The position numbers and the translations under genes were made by a program. The notes beneath the pieces were generated by a model, which saw only the letters and a program-made list of their open reading frames with translations, made no database searches and was not told where the DNA came from. This document shows, one piece after another, positions 1 to 9,264 of a stretch of 64,000 nt of DNA; the first letter of the stretch is position 1, and each line of letters begins with the position of its first letter. The stretch is taken from IMG/VR virus record IMGVR_UViG_3300005529_000001, positions 124,001 to 188,000 of that record. One strand, given 5' to 3'.

Positions 1-288
1 GTCCTTGCCTTCTACGATGCGGATGGCTTCTTCGTGTCGCCGTCGTCGTTCTTCGCGTGCGTCTCTCCGACGTTGCAAGATGCCCTTTCGCCATTTGGAG
101 AAATTCTCTTGGACCCAAATGATCGGAAGCACGATAGCTGCAACAACCATAAAGAGAGGCCAGGCTATCGCGATCAACGGGTAAGGAAGTCGATCGCTGT
201 CATTTGTGTCGTCAAAGAACGCTGCCACAGCGCAGGCAGGATAGCCTAGCACGTAGACAATCAGGAACAACCACCAATACCAGTGCAT
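1..288 (-). CDS. membrane protein, partial (runs off window)
   Basis: Own translation MHWYWWLFLIVYVLG...; two hydrophobic segments, GGAG upstream; not in ORF track. Confidence 0.55.
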   Translation of the reverse strand, partial: MHWYWWLFLIVYVLGYPACAVAAFFDDTNDSDRLPYPLIAIAWPLFMVVAAIVLPIIWVQENFSKWRKGILQRRRDAREERRRRHEEAIRIVEGKD

Positions 289-291
289 CAC

Positions 292-516
292 CTACTCCTG
301 TTGTGTTCTTGAGATGTCAACCGACTGAGCATAAAACGACTTAGCGTTTCGTAGTTTTGCCACCACCAAATCATGACGGATGACTGGGATAGCACACCTG
401 AAAAATGACTCACGCCATGCCGCAGCCTCCTCAAAGAAAGCTCGCCAGTCGCCTCGCTCGATCGCGAGGCTCATTGACCCCGAGTAACGGGAAGCGTTCT
501 CAAGCTCTTCGAGCAT
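292..516 (-). CDS. hypothetical protein
   Basis: ORF from MLEELENAS, directly downstream of 521-784. Confidence 0.5.
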   Translation of the reverse strand: MLEELENASRYSGSMSLAIERGDWRAFFEEAAAWRESFFRCAIPVIRHDLVVAKLRNAKSFYAQSVDISRTQQE

Positions 517-520
517 CCGT

Positions 521-784
521 TCACTTGTATGCATCGGGGTCAGCACGCATGTCTTGTTTGCACGACTCACACGGGTAACCGCCGGGCGTCGGGGTGCCGC
601 ACCCGTACCCGCCACCCTTGCACGGCTTGAGAGGTAGCTTGGCACGTCGTTCCCGCTCCTCAGCTTCTCGGATGGGTCGCAAACGCTGGTTCTCAAGGTC
701 CTGCATGCGGTACCGTACGAGTTGAAGTTCCTTTGGGTTATCGGTTAGGAACTTGACAACTTCTTGGGGAAGACCACGTGCCAT
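521..784 (-). CDS. hypothetical protein, C-terminal Cys cluster
   Basis: Start MARGLP has TACACT 6 nt upstream; C-terminal Cys residues including CxxC. Confidence 0.6.
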   Translation of the reverse strand: MARGLPQEVVKFLTDNPKELQLVRYRMQDLENQRLRPIREAEERERRAKLPLKPCKGGGYGCGTPTPGGYPCESCKQDMRADPDAYK

Positions 785-840
785 GCAAGCAGTGTACCCT
801 TTTACGTGAGTAGCGTACACTGTGGTCACGGGGTCCTGGA

Positions 841-1152
841 ATGAAAAAGTGGTTCGACCGTGTCCAAATCTGGCTGTACCTTGCGGGCCTTCCCACGATC
901 GCTTCGTGGGTTGGACGTTTTGGGTCTCCTCCCGTGCTCATCGAGCATGATGATGTTCATGAGCGTATCACGCTCCCAGAGATTGGCATTCCCACGGGCC
1001 GTGAGCACCTAGAGGGTGTTGGCTGGCGTTTGGACGAGTTCCCGCCCGAGCCTTTGCGAATTATTGACTTTGACAACACGTTCAACGACAACAGGCTCAT
1101 TGACATGGGCCGGGACGTTGCGCTGCCTCACTCGAAGCTCGACGTCAACTGA
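841..1152 (+). CDS. hypothetical protein
   Basis: Protein-like ORF divergent from 784, upstream of the phosphoesterase. Confidence 0.5.
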   Translation: MKKWFDRVQIWLYLAGLPTIASWVGRFGSPPVLIEHDDVHERITLPEIGIPTGREHLEGVGWRLDEFPPEPLRIIDFDNTFNDNRLIDMGRDVALPHSKLDVN

Positions 1153-1185
1153 ACTACGGACAGCGCGTGGGTTACAATACCCACC

Positions 1186-1959
1186 ATGAGTCGTCTGATT
1201 GTCATTGGTGATTTGCACGGGTGTCTGGCAGAAGCAGAGGAGCTGCTCCAGAAGTGTGACGCCCGTCCCGAGGACCACGTCCTCTTTTTGGGTGACCTCG
1301 TTGACCGTGGGCCCGACAGCGCTGGTTGCGTTGACCTCGCCATGCGCATCGAAGCGCGGCAAAACAAGCGTGCATGCATCCTCGGCAATCACGAAGAAAA
1401 ACACCTTTTCTATGACGACATCGAGCTACGCAAGGGCCACGTGCGTGTTGATGTCGAGACACATATCGAGACCCGCAAGCAGCTGAAGCGTCACCATTAC
1501 GACTACTTCAGGGCGATCCCGAAGTTCTTGCGTTTCCCAGAACACAACCTCGTCGCGGTCCATGCTGGTGTCTACCCTGGTCGCCCGATCGAGAAACAGA
1601 CCGATAGGCACCTGCTCCACATCCAGAGCATCAGGCCGCCCGAGGAGAAATCGATGTGGCCCAGCCGCATCCCACCCAACGAGACGGACTGGCGGTTCTG
1701 GCACCGCTACTGGGACGGGCCCGAACGCATCATCTTCGGTCACAGCGTCCTCAACAAGCCGCTGGTCACCGACAAGGTCATCGGCATCGATGGCGGCGCT
1801 TGTTTCGGCTTGGAGCTGTGGGCGTACGTTTTCCCTGATAATCAGCTCGTCAGCGTCAAGGGCCGTGGCTCACACGATCACAAGGACCTTGACAGGCGCG
1901 GCAACTCAAACAAGAAGCTCTACATCATTGATGAGGACCACGGCGTGGGCACGTACTGA
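1186..1959 (+). CDS. calcineurin-like metallophosphoesterase (ApaH/Ser-Thr phosphatase-like)
   Basis: Motifs GDLHG, LGDLVDRG, GNHE, VHAG, FGHS, IDGG. Confidence 0.9.
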   Translation: MSRLIVIGDLHGCLAEAEELLQKCDARPEDHVLFLGDLVDRGPDSAGCVDLAMRIEARQNKRACILGNHEEKHLFYDDIELRKGHVRVDVETHIETRKQLKRHHYDYFRAIPKFLRFPEHNLVAVHAGVYPGRPIEKQTDRHLLHIQSIRPPEEKSMWPSRIPPNETDWRFWHRYWDGPERIIFGHSVLNKPLVTDKVIGIDGGACFGLELWAYVFPDNQLVSVKGRGSHDHKDLDRRGNSNKKLYIIDEDHGVGTY

Positions 1960-2135
1960 TGAGCCAGTCCGACCGTGCCAAGAAGAAGGCGAAGGCGACG
2001 ACTAGCGATGGGTGGAACCGCGACCGGATGAATGAGACGCACCGGAAGGGCAAGCGCAAGGCAAAGAAACAAGTCAGTCGGGCTCGCCGACGCATCCCCA
2101 TTGAGGAGAGCGATGTCTCACAAGGTCCTGTTTAA
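1959..2135 (+). CDS. small basic protein (58 aa)
   Basis: Own translation MSQSDRAKKKAK...; start overlaps upstream stop. Confidence 0.45.
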   Translation: MSQSDRAKKKAKATTSDGWNRDRMNETHRKGKRKAKKQVSRARRRIPIEESDVSQGPV

Positions 2136-2346
2136 AGTCCCCAACCCGTTTCGCAAGACTTACCCGGGCCAAGCTAGCAAGCCGTGCTTCGTCTGGTTGA
2201 CACGTGAAGACCAGTATTGCGACGGCCGGAACGAAAACGCTCCGATCGGTTCTCACTACCTGTTGATGCTATATGGGCTTGACGGCCGTGTCAAGCTTCA
2301 CTATGAGCTCAACGTTTTGAACAGGATGCACGGACAACGAGGCTGA
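2113..2346 (+). CDS. hypothetical protein
   Basis: GAGGAG before MSHKVLF. Confidence 0.5.
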   Translation: MSHKVLFKVPNPFRKTYPGQASKPCFVWLTREDQYCDGRNENAPIGSHYLLMLYGLDGRVKLHYELNVLNRMHGQRG

Positions 2347-2769
2347 TCAGGTGCCCTCACGGCTGGTGTCGATGTTCTTTGACATCCACTCGTTCTCACG
2401 CTGCCAGGCATCCTTTGCGTTCTGGATGTCTTCTTCGTCTGCCATTCCGACGAAGTCCTCAGCCTTCCACACGTCGAAGCGACGTTGGCTTGAGTGACCA
2501 CCAAAACCGACGCTGATTGTCACATAGGGTTCCTGGTCCTTGTTATGAACGACGGTGAATTCCTTGATCTCACCAGCATGGGGCTTGCCTCGTCCTGAAC
2601 CGCGAAACCGTTCAGCGGGAGCAACCATGACCCAATCGCCCACCTTCAGCCCGTCATGCTCTGAGAGCTTCTCGTAGTGAGGCAGGCCCCGAGCGAAAGC
2701 TGCTTGCTTTGGATCTGTCGGAGCTGCTTCGCGAAGAGCGAGCCGGATCTTGCCTAATGTCGTTTTCAT
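2347..2769 (-). CDS. hypothetical protein with N-terminal leader and KOW/SH3-like segment
   Basis: MKTTLGKIRLALREA leader; LKVGDWVMV. Confidence 0.7.
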   Translation of the reverse strand: MKTTLGKIRLALREAAPTDPKQAAFARGLPHYEKLSEHDGLKVGDWVMVAPAERFRGSGRGKPHAGEIKEFTVVHNKDQEPYVTISVGFGGHSSQRRFDVWKAEDFVGMADEEDIQNAKDAWQRENEWMSKNIDTSREGT

Positions 2770-2788
2770 GTGTCCATCCTACCACGAA

Positions 2789-2998
2789 TCAATGTTTTTG
2801 TGAACTGGTAAGCAACGGCAACCAGACTGACTTGATGTCACGTGCAACCATCACGCCCGTGATGACAGCGATAGCACCTGAGGCTACGGGAACCAGCAGT
2901 GGTAGCTTGGTGAAGAAAAAGGTGAACAGACACGTTGCTGTCATGCTCACAAACACGATCCAACTGAACGTAGGACCAATGAGTTTTGTGGCGATCAT
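2789..2998 (-). CDS. small two-TM membrane protein
   Basis: GAGGAGG 5 nt before MIATKL; two hydrophobic stretches. Confidence 0.55.
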   Translation of the reverse strand: MIATKLIGPTFSWIVFVSMTATCLFTFFFTKLPLLVPVASGAIAVITGVMVARDIKSVWLPLLTSSQKH

Positions 2999-3008
2999 CG
3001 TTACCTCC

Positions 3009-3188
3009 TCAGTAGGGCATGCACTGTGGTCGGGTGTCAACACCCGGGAAGCGGCAGACGTAACCGGAAGGACAATCAGCCGGGCTGCTGCACGCCTTCG
3101 CACCAGGTGCCAGGGGCTTGACGTTCGTGGTCGAGAAACATGCCGTTAGGATGACTGCGGTCACCAACGCGGTGAGGAATTTCTTCAT
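3009..3188 (-). CDS. small Cys-rich lipoprotein (59 aa)
   Basis: Own translation MKKFLTALVTAVILTAC (lipobox) ...CSSPADCPSGYVC; not in track. Confidence 0.65.
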   Translation of the reverse strand: MKKFLTALVTAVILTACFSTTNVKPLAPGAKACSSPADCPSGYVCRFPGVDTRPQCMPY

Positions 3189-3358
3189 GTCGAGTAACTA
3201 TCGACCTCATGGTCTCGGTGGAGAAACCAAAAGACCGCACAGAACATCGAGATGAGGACTATGGCACCGGGGACGTTTTGTTGTCCGATCAGGCCATGAC
3301 AGCACATGCCGACAACAACGGCGATGACCCACAACGAGTAGGCTGCGGTTTTTGCCAT
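3185..3358 (-). CDS. small membrane protein (57 aa)
   Basis: Own translation MAKTAAYSLWVIAVVVG...; TAATGT 6 nt upstream; ATGA overlap with 3188. Confidence 0.55.
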   Translation of the reverse strand: MAKTAAYSLWVIAVVVGMCCHGLIGQQNVPGAIVLISMFCAVFWFLHRDHEVDSYST

Positions 3359-3364
3359 GATCGT

Positions 3365-3394
3365 ACATTATCAAGCACGATCACATCGTTTCAC
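3365..3394 (-). promoter_or_regulatory. putative promoter GTGAAA-N18-TAATGT, leaderless
   Basis: -10-like hexamer 6 nt before ATG 3358. Confidence 0.55.
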
Positions 3395-3664
3395 TCAGCG
3401 ACGCCAGGTGACTCGACCCTTGGTCAAATCGTAGGGAGAGACTTCGATGGTGACATTGTCACCGGGTAACAGACGGATGCGATTGATCCGCAGCTTGCCC
3501 GACAACGTGCACACGACCGTGTTGCCCGCCTCACACTTCACCCTGAAGAGCGTTCCCGGTAGGGCTTCCTCAACCCGTCCTTGAAGTTCCAGTCGGTCCT
3601 GCCGTTCCTCCGGCTCGGTCTGAAACTCTTGCTCCTGCCTGCCCCTTCTCTTGTTCTTGCTCAT
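3395..3664 (-). CDS. infA: translation initiation factor IF-1
   Basis: S1/OB signature G.V.EALPG..FRV....G..V.C.LSGK.R.N.IR.LPGD.V.IEVSPYDLTKGR.TWR. Confidence 0.92.
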   Translation of the reverse strand: MSKNKRRGRQEQEFQTEPEERQDRLELQGRVEEALPGTLFRVKCEAGNTVVCTLSGKLRINRIRLLPGDNVTIEVSPYDLTKGRVTWRR

Positions 3665-3860
3665 TGTCCTCGTCTTCGTTGTCAGCCGGACCACCAAGGC
3701 CCGGTGGTGGGCTCATCAAGCTGTTGCTACGTTCAAGGCTGGAGCCACCGCTCCCGCCCCCGTCCATGAAAAAACCAGCGCTGTACCTGAGGTCATCATC
3801 AACGCCAAACTCCAACAGCTGGCGGATCTTTGCTCGTAGCTCGTGCAACCTGATTCTCAT
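3570..3860 (-). CDS. hypothetical protein with N-terminal leader
   Basis: MRIRLHELRAKIRQLLEF; overlaps infA 5' end by 95 nt. Confidence 0.45.
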   Translation of the reverse strand: MRIRLHELRAKIRQLLEFGVDDDLRYSAGFFMDGGGSGGSSLERSNSLMSPPPGLGGPADNEDEDNEQEQEKGQAGARVSDRAGGTAGPTGTSRTG

Positions 3861-3864
3861 CCAT

Positions 3865-4263
3865 TTACGTATCTTGTTCGGACAGCTTCTGGGTCTCATG
3901 ACCAAAGAACAACAATGACCGTGAGTGTTCAAGGGCCCAACCCACGCCTATCTCACATGATCGCATCGTCGCGTAACATTTGATCGTTCGCCCGTGGTTT
4001 TCAGGGGCGACAAGAGCGTAGAAATCAATGCACTCGCTCGATTGCGTTTCAACATTGATTTCTCGAAGATCGCCGACACCTGTGATGAAAACGATGTCAC
4101 CGTTCGGGTGCCGCCCCGCCGCCACCACAATCCTCGCCCTGTCTGGATCAACACGCACCAGTTCCAATTCTTTCGTGGGCAACAGCTTCATGTAAGCGGG
4201 CACTTCAACGGTGACTGGCCCCTTGACGTGAATGTCAGAGTTGGGTGCGATCGTCAACTCCAT
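3865..4263 (-). CDS. hypothetical protein
   Basis: Globular-looking 132 aa ORF divergent from glf. Confidence 0.6.
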   Translation of the reverse strand: MELTIAPNSDIHVKGPVTVEVPAYMKLLPTKELELVRVDPDRARIVVAAGRHPNGDIVFITGVGDLREINVETQSSECIDFYALVAPENHGRTIKCYATMRSCEIGVGWALEHSRSLLFFGHETQKLSEQDT

Positions 4264-4316
4264 TTCAGAACAAGGTACAACGTCTGGGGATAAGGTACAT
4301 GCCTAGGTACCTACAG

Positions 4317-5423
4317 ATGCTCCCGTATGACTATCTGATCGTAGGTGCAGGTCTGTTCGGATCGACTTTCGCGTGGCACGCTAGACAACGTGGCAAGCGT
4401 GTCTTGGTCATAGACAAACGAAACCACGTGGGCGGGAACTGCTACACCCACCAGGTTGAAGGGATCCACGTCCATGCTTATGGCCCGCACATCTTCCACA
4501 CGAGCGATCAACAGGTCTGGTCATTCGTCAACAGGTTCGCTAGCTTTCACAAGTACGTGCACCGGGTCAAGGCTCGGCACGGTGACAAGCTGCTATCTTT
4601 GCCCGTCAACCTGATGACGTTCAACAAGCTATGGGACGTAAAGACGCCAGAAGAAGCCGAGGCAAGGCTCCAACAAGCCAGGACAGTTTGCCCGCATCCC
4701 AAGAACATGGAAGAGTGGGCCCTGTCGCAGGTCGGACCCGAGATCTACGAATTGCTCTTCAAACACTACACCACCAAACAATGGGGCCGAGACCCAAACC
4801 AGATGCCCGCCGCTGTGTTGAAGCGTCTGCCGATCAGGCTCACCTGGGATGACAACTACTATGATGACAAGTGGCAAGGGATCCCAACTGGCGGCTACAC
4901 CCGGATATTTGACGGGCTGTTAGAGGGCTGCGATGTCCGTCTGGGAATCGACTATCTGGCACACCGTGAAGAGCTTGACAAGCTAGCACGGGTTGTGGTG
5001 TACACAGGCCAAGTAGATGCGTATTACGATTACGCGTTGGGCAGGTTAGAATACCGCACGCTTGACTTTGAAACAAAGGTAATCCCCCACAGCAACTACC
5101 AAGGTTGCGCACAGCTGAACTGGACGGGCCCAGAAGTTCCCTGGACTCGGACAATCGAACACAAGCATTTCGAACTCACCGATGTGCCTGCTACCGTTGT
5201 CACGTGGGAGACACCTGCAGCGTACAAACCGGGTGATGAGCCCTACTACCCGATCAACGATACTAGGAACAACGATCTCTACATGAGGTATAAAGACCTA
5301 GCCGATCACGAACCCGGGGTCTTGTTTGGCGGACGGCTGGGAACCTATCGCTATTTTGACATGCACCAGGTGATTGCACAAGCAATGCACCTGGCGAAAC
5401 AAGAAGGGTTGATTGATGTCTGA
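4317..5423 (+). CDS. glf: UDP-galactopyranose mutase
   Basis: YDYLIVGAGLFG, GGNCY, YGPHIFHT, YTTKQWG, GRLGTYRYFDM; alternative start 4299. Confidence 0.95.
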   Translation: MLPYDYLIVGAGLFGSTFAWHARQRGKRVLVIDKRNHVGGNCYTHQVEGIHVHAYGPHIFHTSDQQVWSFVNRFASFHKYVHRVKARHGDKLLSLPVNLMTFNKLWDVKTPEEAEARLQQARTVCPHPKNMEEWALSQVGPEIYELLFKHYTTKQWGRDPNQMPAAVLKRLPIRLTWDDNYYDDKWQGIPTGGYTRIFDGLLEGCDVRLGIDYLAHREELDKLARVVVYTGQVDAYYDYALGRLEYRTLDFETKVIPHSNYQGCAQLNWTGPEVPWTRTIEHKHFELTDVPATVVTWETPAAYKPGDEPYYPINDTRNNDLYMRYKDLADHEPGVLFGGRLGTYRYFDMHQVIAQAMHLAKQEGLIDV

Positions 5424-6117
5424 CGTTCTTGCTTCTTTCTTGCTGCCATCTCGTGGACGAATCGATCGTTTGGTCCAGAGCATGCAATCAGTTCACCGTC
5501 GCAACGGCAACGTCTCACGTTGGGGTGAGATTCCCAACTATGAGTTCCTGATCCGTGCCGATGACGATGATGTCGCAACAGTCAACGTGCTTAAGAAGCA
5601 CTACGTTGGTGATCCGTACACTCGGGTCACGTTTGGTCCACGTGGACGTGGTTACCTGGACCTGCACTTGATGGTCAACGAGCTCGCCGCGCAAGCACGG
5701 GGTGAGTTCTTGGTCCTCTGGAACGACGATGCATTCATGGTCACTCCAGACTGGGATGACGTGCTGTTAAAGCACCTCAATGATCCACCCCTGATTTACC
5801 ATCCGACTTCTGCGGGCACCACTCGTAACATCTTTCCGATCGTCCGCCGTAGCATCTACCAAGCCATGGGCCGGTTTAGCGAGAGCGCCCTTAACGATTT
5901 TTACGTCTGGACGCTTGCAAAAAGGCTTGGTATCAACACGCAGATCAACATTGATGTCCGCCATGACCATCCGCAAGTTGGTGGGACAACGATCGATCAG
6001 ACGTACGTCGATGCAATGAAAGCGTGCACCGTTGTCAAAAATGACGACAAAGACCCACGGATCTTAGCGTGCTTGGACGAAGACGAAGCAAAGATCCGAG
6101 CGCTTCTCAGTAAGTGA
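5413..6117 (+). CDS. GT-A (GT2-like) glycosyltransferase
   Basis: LLPSRGR, IRADDDD, ARGEFLVLWNDD; overlaps glf stop. Confidence 0.75.
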   Translation: MMSDVLASFLLPSRGRIDRLVQSMQSVHRRNGNVSRWGEIPNYEFLIRADDDDVATVNVLKKHYVGDPYTRVTFGPRGRGYLDLHLMVNELAAQARGEFLVLWNDDAFMVTPDWDDVLLKHLNDPPLIYHPTSAGTTRNIFPIVRRSIYQAMGRFSESALNDFYVWTLAKRLGINTQINIDVRHDHPQVGGTTIDQTYVDAMKACTVVKNDDKDPRILACLDEDEAKIRALLSK

Positions 6118-6886
6118 GAAGTTGTCGCCAGTGTTCAGGCATGAGCTGAACCTCGCCCACCGCATATGGATCCCCGAATTGGTTTGACTGTTTATCGATA
6201 TTAGCGAACACATCAATAACAGACTGACGATCAGCGATGTTTAACCGGGCTGAATGACGACGGAAATACTCGTCAACATCGAGACACCAACCGTGAAGTA
6301 ACGACAGTGTTGGGTCAATTGGCTCATTGACTTGTTTGATACCATTCAAGTAAAAGTTATGGAAGCCCCTCTGGTACGTCATTGGCACTTTTGTCACCAG
6401 TGTCTTGTCATACATGGGTAGCCTCCACATCGACCGTCTGTCAACAAGGAGTTGAGCGCCTGGCGTCCGTGACAGCATCGCTTCACCCGGTTGTTGTACC
6501 ACATTCCACCCAACTGCACGTCTCCACTGGTCTTTTGACTTCAGGAAACGCTCACAATAGTCTCGCAAGTTAACGTACTTGGCATTGGGGATCAGGAACT
6601 CGTCGGTCTCGGCAAAGACAACGACGGGGTAGCGTTGGAGCAACTCACGTTGCATTTGCTCAACAACCTGTTTCAAAAACAGACTGACGTGAGTTCCACG
6701 TGACGGCACACACACAAAATTGACCCGAGGGTGAAGCAATCGTGCTTCTTCCACGCTCCCATCATCAGTTGAGTTATCGATCACATAGACGTCTTCAGGC
6801 GGAAAATTGCTGGTGTAGTAATTCAGCCACGTCCGGAGAAACAACGGCTCGTTTCGTGTGATGGTAAAAGCAGCGAAGTCTCCCAT
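6107..6886 (-). CDS. GT-A glycosyltransferase (Glyco_tranf_2_4/GT92-like)
   Basis: ITRNE..FL..WLNYY, VIDNSTDDGS, FAETDEFL. Confidence 0.75.
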   Translation of the reverse strand: MGDFAAFTITRNEPLFLRTWLNYYTSNFPPEDVYVIDNSTDDGSVEEARLLHPRVNFVCVPSRGTHVSLFLKQVVEQMQRELLQRYPVVVFAETDEFLIPNAKYVNLRDYCERFLKSKDQWRRAVGWNVVQQPGEAMLSRTPGAQLLVDRRSMWRLPMYDKTLVTKVPMTYQRGFHNFYLNGIKQVNEPIDPTLSLLHGWCLDVDEYFRRHSARLNIADRQSVIDVFANIDKQSNQFGDPYAVGEVQLMPEHWRQLLTY

Positions 6887-6923
6887 GTGTAGATTCTACT
6901 CTTCCATGATTTAAAGTGTTGCT

Positions 6924-7268
6924 ATGTGGACTGACCGCCCCCGGATGTGGACTGATGGGCTTGTCATGGCGACCCTAGTGGGTCTCCTCCTGATCATGAT
7001 AGTTAGCATCGGGTTTGAAACTAGTTCAGTTCCCATTTCAATCCCACAGTGCCAGGAAGTCGTCGTGACAATTCACCAAGGTGAGGAAACACTGGCAACA
7101 TGCCCCGCAGGGACATGGCTGGATATCATGGATGACAATGTCGTTTGCAGGTGCTCTCCCCAAGACCGTCACCAGCCCGTACCCAAGTTCATCACCCCTC
7201 CCTCGACCACACAAATACCGAAGGCAACTCCCCCGCAAAGAGACGACAAGGGCGGGATCGAGATCTGA
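6924..7268 (+). CDS. membrane-anchored/secreted protein
   Basis: N-terminal TM helix, Cys residues, Pro/Thr tail; TAAAGT 6 nt upstream. Confidence 0.55.
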   Translation: MWTDRPRMWTDGLVMATLVGLLLIMIVSIGFETSSVPISIPQCQEVVVTIHQGEETLATCPAGTWLDIMDDNVVCRCSPQDRHQPVPKFITPPSTTQIPKATPPQRDDKGGIEI

Positions 7269-7275
7269 TGCTTAG

Positions 7276-7518
7276 ATGCTGCTCATACTCACGGCACTGC
7301 TCACGTTCGTTTTGATTGTGGTCTTGTCGCGAGTTGGCATGCTTCACAAACGTGAAGCACAGGACTCACCTTTCATCGCTGACATTGCACACGGAATTTG
7401 CCCGCGGTGCGGGGCCCTACGCCCGGCTGTCAAATTGCCAGATCCCCCAAGCTTTTGGAAGAGCTTTAGCTGCACGTGTGGGTTCACGGTGAAGGCTCAC
7501 CTACGAGATCGAACGTAA
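7276..7518 (+). CDS. membrane-anchored zinc-ribbon protein
   Basis: N-terminal TM helix; CPRC...CTCG. Confidence 0.55.
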   Translation: MLLILTALLTFVLIVVLSRVGMLHKREAQDSPFIADIAHGICPRCGALRPAVKLPDPPSFWKSFSCTCGFTVKAHLRDRT

Positions 7519-7577
7519 CTCTAACGGTGAAACGACGTGCAACCATGGTGTAGGTTGTGATCAAGAGGTTACACACC

Positions 7578-8243
7578 ATGAGATCATTCGCAGCCGTCGC
7601 ACTGACGTTCGCCCTTGCTGCGTGCGGTTCGCACGCTGCGCCGCCCGCCCACACACCGCCGGGACCCGCGATCGTTGCTCTGGTTCGCCCACCGGCTGAA
7701 TCCGCTCCGAAGTCAACCGAAGCGACCACGAAGGTGCTCGATCACAAGTACTGGTCGATCGTGGTGCCCACCACGGCAGGCTGGGAGGTCAAGGACGACA
7801 GCGAGGAAGGTGTTGACCTGAACCGGATGGATCCGAAAACGGGCAAGCAGACGGCTTCGATCCAGATCGTCGCTCAGGATATCGGTCAGATGTCTCCGGA
7901 GGTGTTCATCCAGGTGGCTCCGGGCATGGTGAAGGAGAACATCCTTCCAGCCGGTGTTGAGATCACCGGTGTCAAGGGCCAGCACGGTCACTGGAAGGAC
8001 CACACGTCAAGCGTGGTCCAGATGCTGACAGACGCTCATGTCTTCGTCGGTGTCCTGACGACCGTCGACGAGGTCAACCACACGGGCTACATGGTCATCG
8101 CCATCGGTCCGATGACCCAGGCGGATGCAGACCTGCTCAGCAGCATCTCTCGCACCTTTGAGCTGAAGACGCCTCCTCCGCCCGCTGATGACTCAGTCAT
8201 CACGCCGCCCGAGTTCGAGAAGACGCCGTCTCCCAAGAAGTGA
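7578..8243 (+). CDS. lipoprotein
   Basis: Signal peptide with LAAC lipobox; GAGG upstream. Confidence 0.7.
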   Translation: MRSFAAVALTFALAACGSHAAPPAHTPPGPAIVALVRPPAESAPKSTEATTKVLDHKYWSIVVPTTAGWEVKDDSEEGVDLNRMDPKTGKQTASIQIVAQDIGQMSPEVFIQVAPGMVKENILPAGVEITGVKGQHGHWKDHTSSVVQMLTDAHVFVGVLTTVDEVNHTGYMVIAIGPMTQADADLLSSISRTFELKTPPPPADDSVITPPEFEKTPSPKK

Positions 8244-8464
8244 CAACAGCAGAATCCTGGGTCAAGCGCCTAGCCCCCGGTACGTTGCTCTATAACAAGA
8301 ACCACCAGGGGTTCTACCTGGTGGTTCATGCGTCTGCACGTGACTTCCCAGAGAAGTGGCTGGAGCTGTCGATATTGCTCGTCACGCCACAGTGCACATT
8401 GAAGAGACTCCAGGTAGAATCTGGCATCTTCACTGGCAACTGGGTGATCGTCGATGTCAGCTGA
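8240..8464 (+). CDS. small KOW/SH3-like protein
   Basis: LAPGTLLY...FYLVV. Confidence 0.55.
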   Translation: MTTAESWVKRLAPGTLLYNKNHQGFYLVVHASARDFPEKWLELSILLVTPQCTLKRLQVESGIFTGNWVIVDVS

Positions 8465-8726
8465 GAAGCTTTGCCCTGGTGACATGGTGTGCGCCGTCCA
8501 CCGGATGCGCGCCTGGCAAGACGATTGGGAACGTGGCAACGAGGGAGTCTGGGTCGAGCCCGGTGACCTGGCGGTGATCCTTCAAGTCTGGCGTGTTGGA
8601 CGCAGCCGCACTCGCCTACGGGTCCTGGTCAAGGAACGTATCGCGATGTTCTCGTGTTACACCCGAGACCTTGACAGGAATTGGCAAGTCAAGAGCAGGG
8701 AGTTGCACCTGTCCGGGAGCGCCTGA
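8454..8726 (+). CDS. small KOW/SH3-like protein
   Basis: LCPGDMV and VEPGDLAVILQV. Confidence 0.6.
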   Translation: MSAEKLCPGDMVCAVHRMRAWQDDWERGNEGVWVEPGDLAVILQVWRVGRSRTRLRVLVKERIAMFSCYTRDLDRNWQVKSRELHLSGSA

Positions 8727-9056
8727 TTATTCTTGCAGCCTCTGGCTGCCGAACAACCGGGCAGGGTTGCTGGCCTCGTCTGGGTGGATGATCCTGTTGC
8801 CTGGCACCCGGTAAAACCCGGGTGACATGACATCGTCATCGAGCCCGGGCGGCGTCCCAGCAATGCTCGCGAAGAAGATAACGTAGTACATGTGCGACTC
8901 CTCTTGGAGCGCGTTGGGCTCGACCCACTGGTGAGACCGCTGGATGACCAGGCCCAGTTGCAACCCACGGGTGAACAGCTGGGCCTCGCTCCCGCACCGA
9001 TCGACGAGACTCGATGCTAGGACGACGACCAGGTCTCCCGGAGCCCAGTCACGCAC
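8727..9056 (-). CDS. small KOW/SH3-like protein
   Basis: WAPGDLVVV...LGLVI. Confidence 0.55.
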   Translation of the reverse strand: MRDWAPGDLVVVLASSLVDRCGSEAQLFTRGLQLGLVIQRSHQWVEPNALQEESHMYYVIFFASIAGTPPGLDDDVMSPGFYRVPGNRIIHPDEASNPARLFGSQRLQE

Positions 9057-9264
9057 CTGCCGCCTCCAGGTCCCACGCGCCGAAGGGCCCCAGGAACCGG
9101 GGATGGGTCCCGCCGGTGACGACCCAGAACGACCAGGGCTGGCACTCGCTCAGGCCACGTTCATGGACATCGGGGATCCCGTTGGCTTGGGTCACGCTGA
9201 TCACGAGCGCCGGGGTCTCCCGGGCAACGGTCACCATGTCACCGGGCAGGAACGCGGGCATCAT
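9049..9264 (-). CDS. small KOW/SH3-like protein
   Basis: FLPGDMVTV...ALVISV. Confidence 0.55.
   Translation of the reverse strand: MMPAFLPGDMVTVARETPALVISVTQANGIPDVHERGLSECQPWSFWVVTGGTHPRFLGPFGAWDLEAAGA

Noticed and set aside
3209-3469. Plus-strand 86-aa track ORF
   Set aside because: The opposite strand has infA and a better-supported 57-aa membrane ORF with promoter and ATGA coupling
6924-6955. 11-nt direct repeat ATGTGGACTGA (MWTD twice)
   Set aside because: Single short duplication giving an alternative start; no sign of an att site or mobile element
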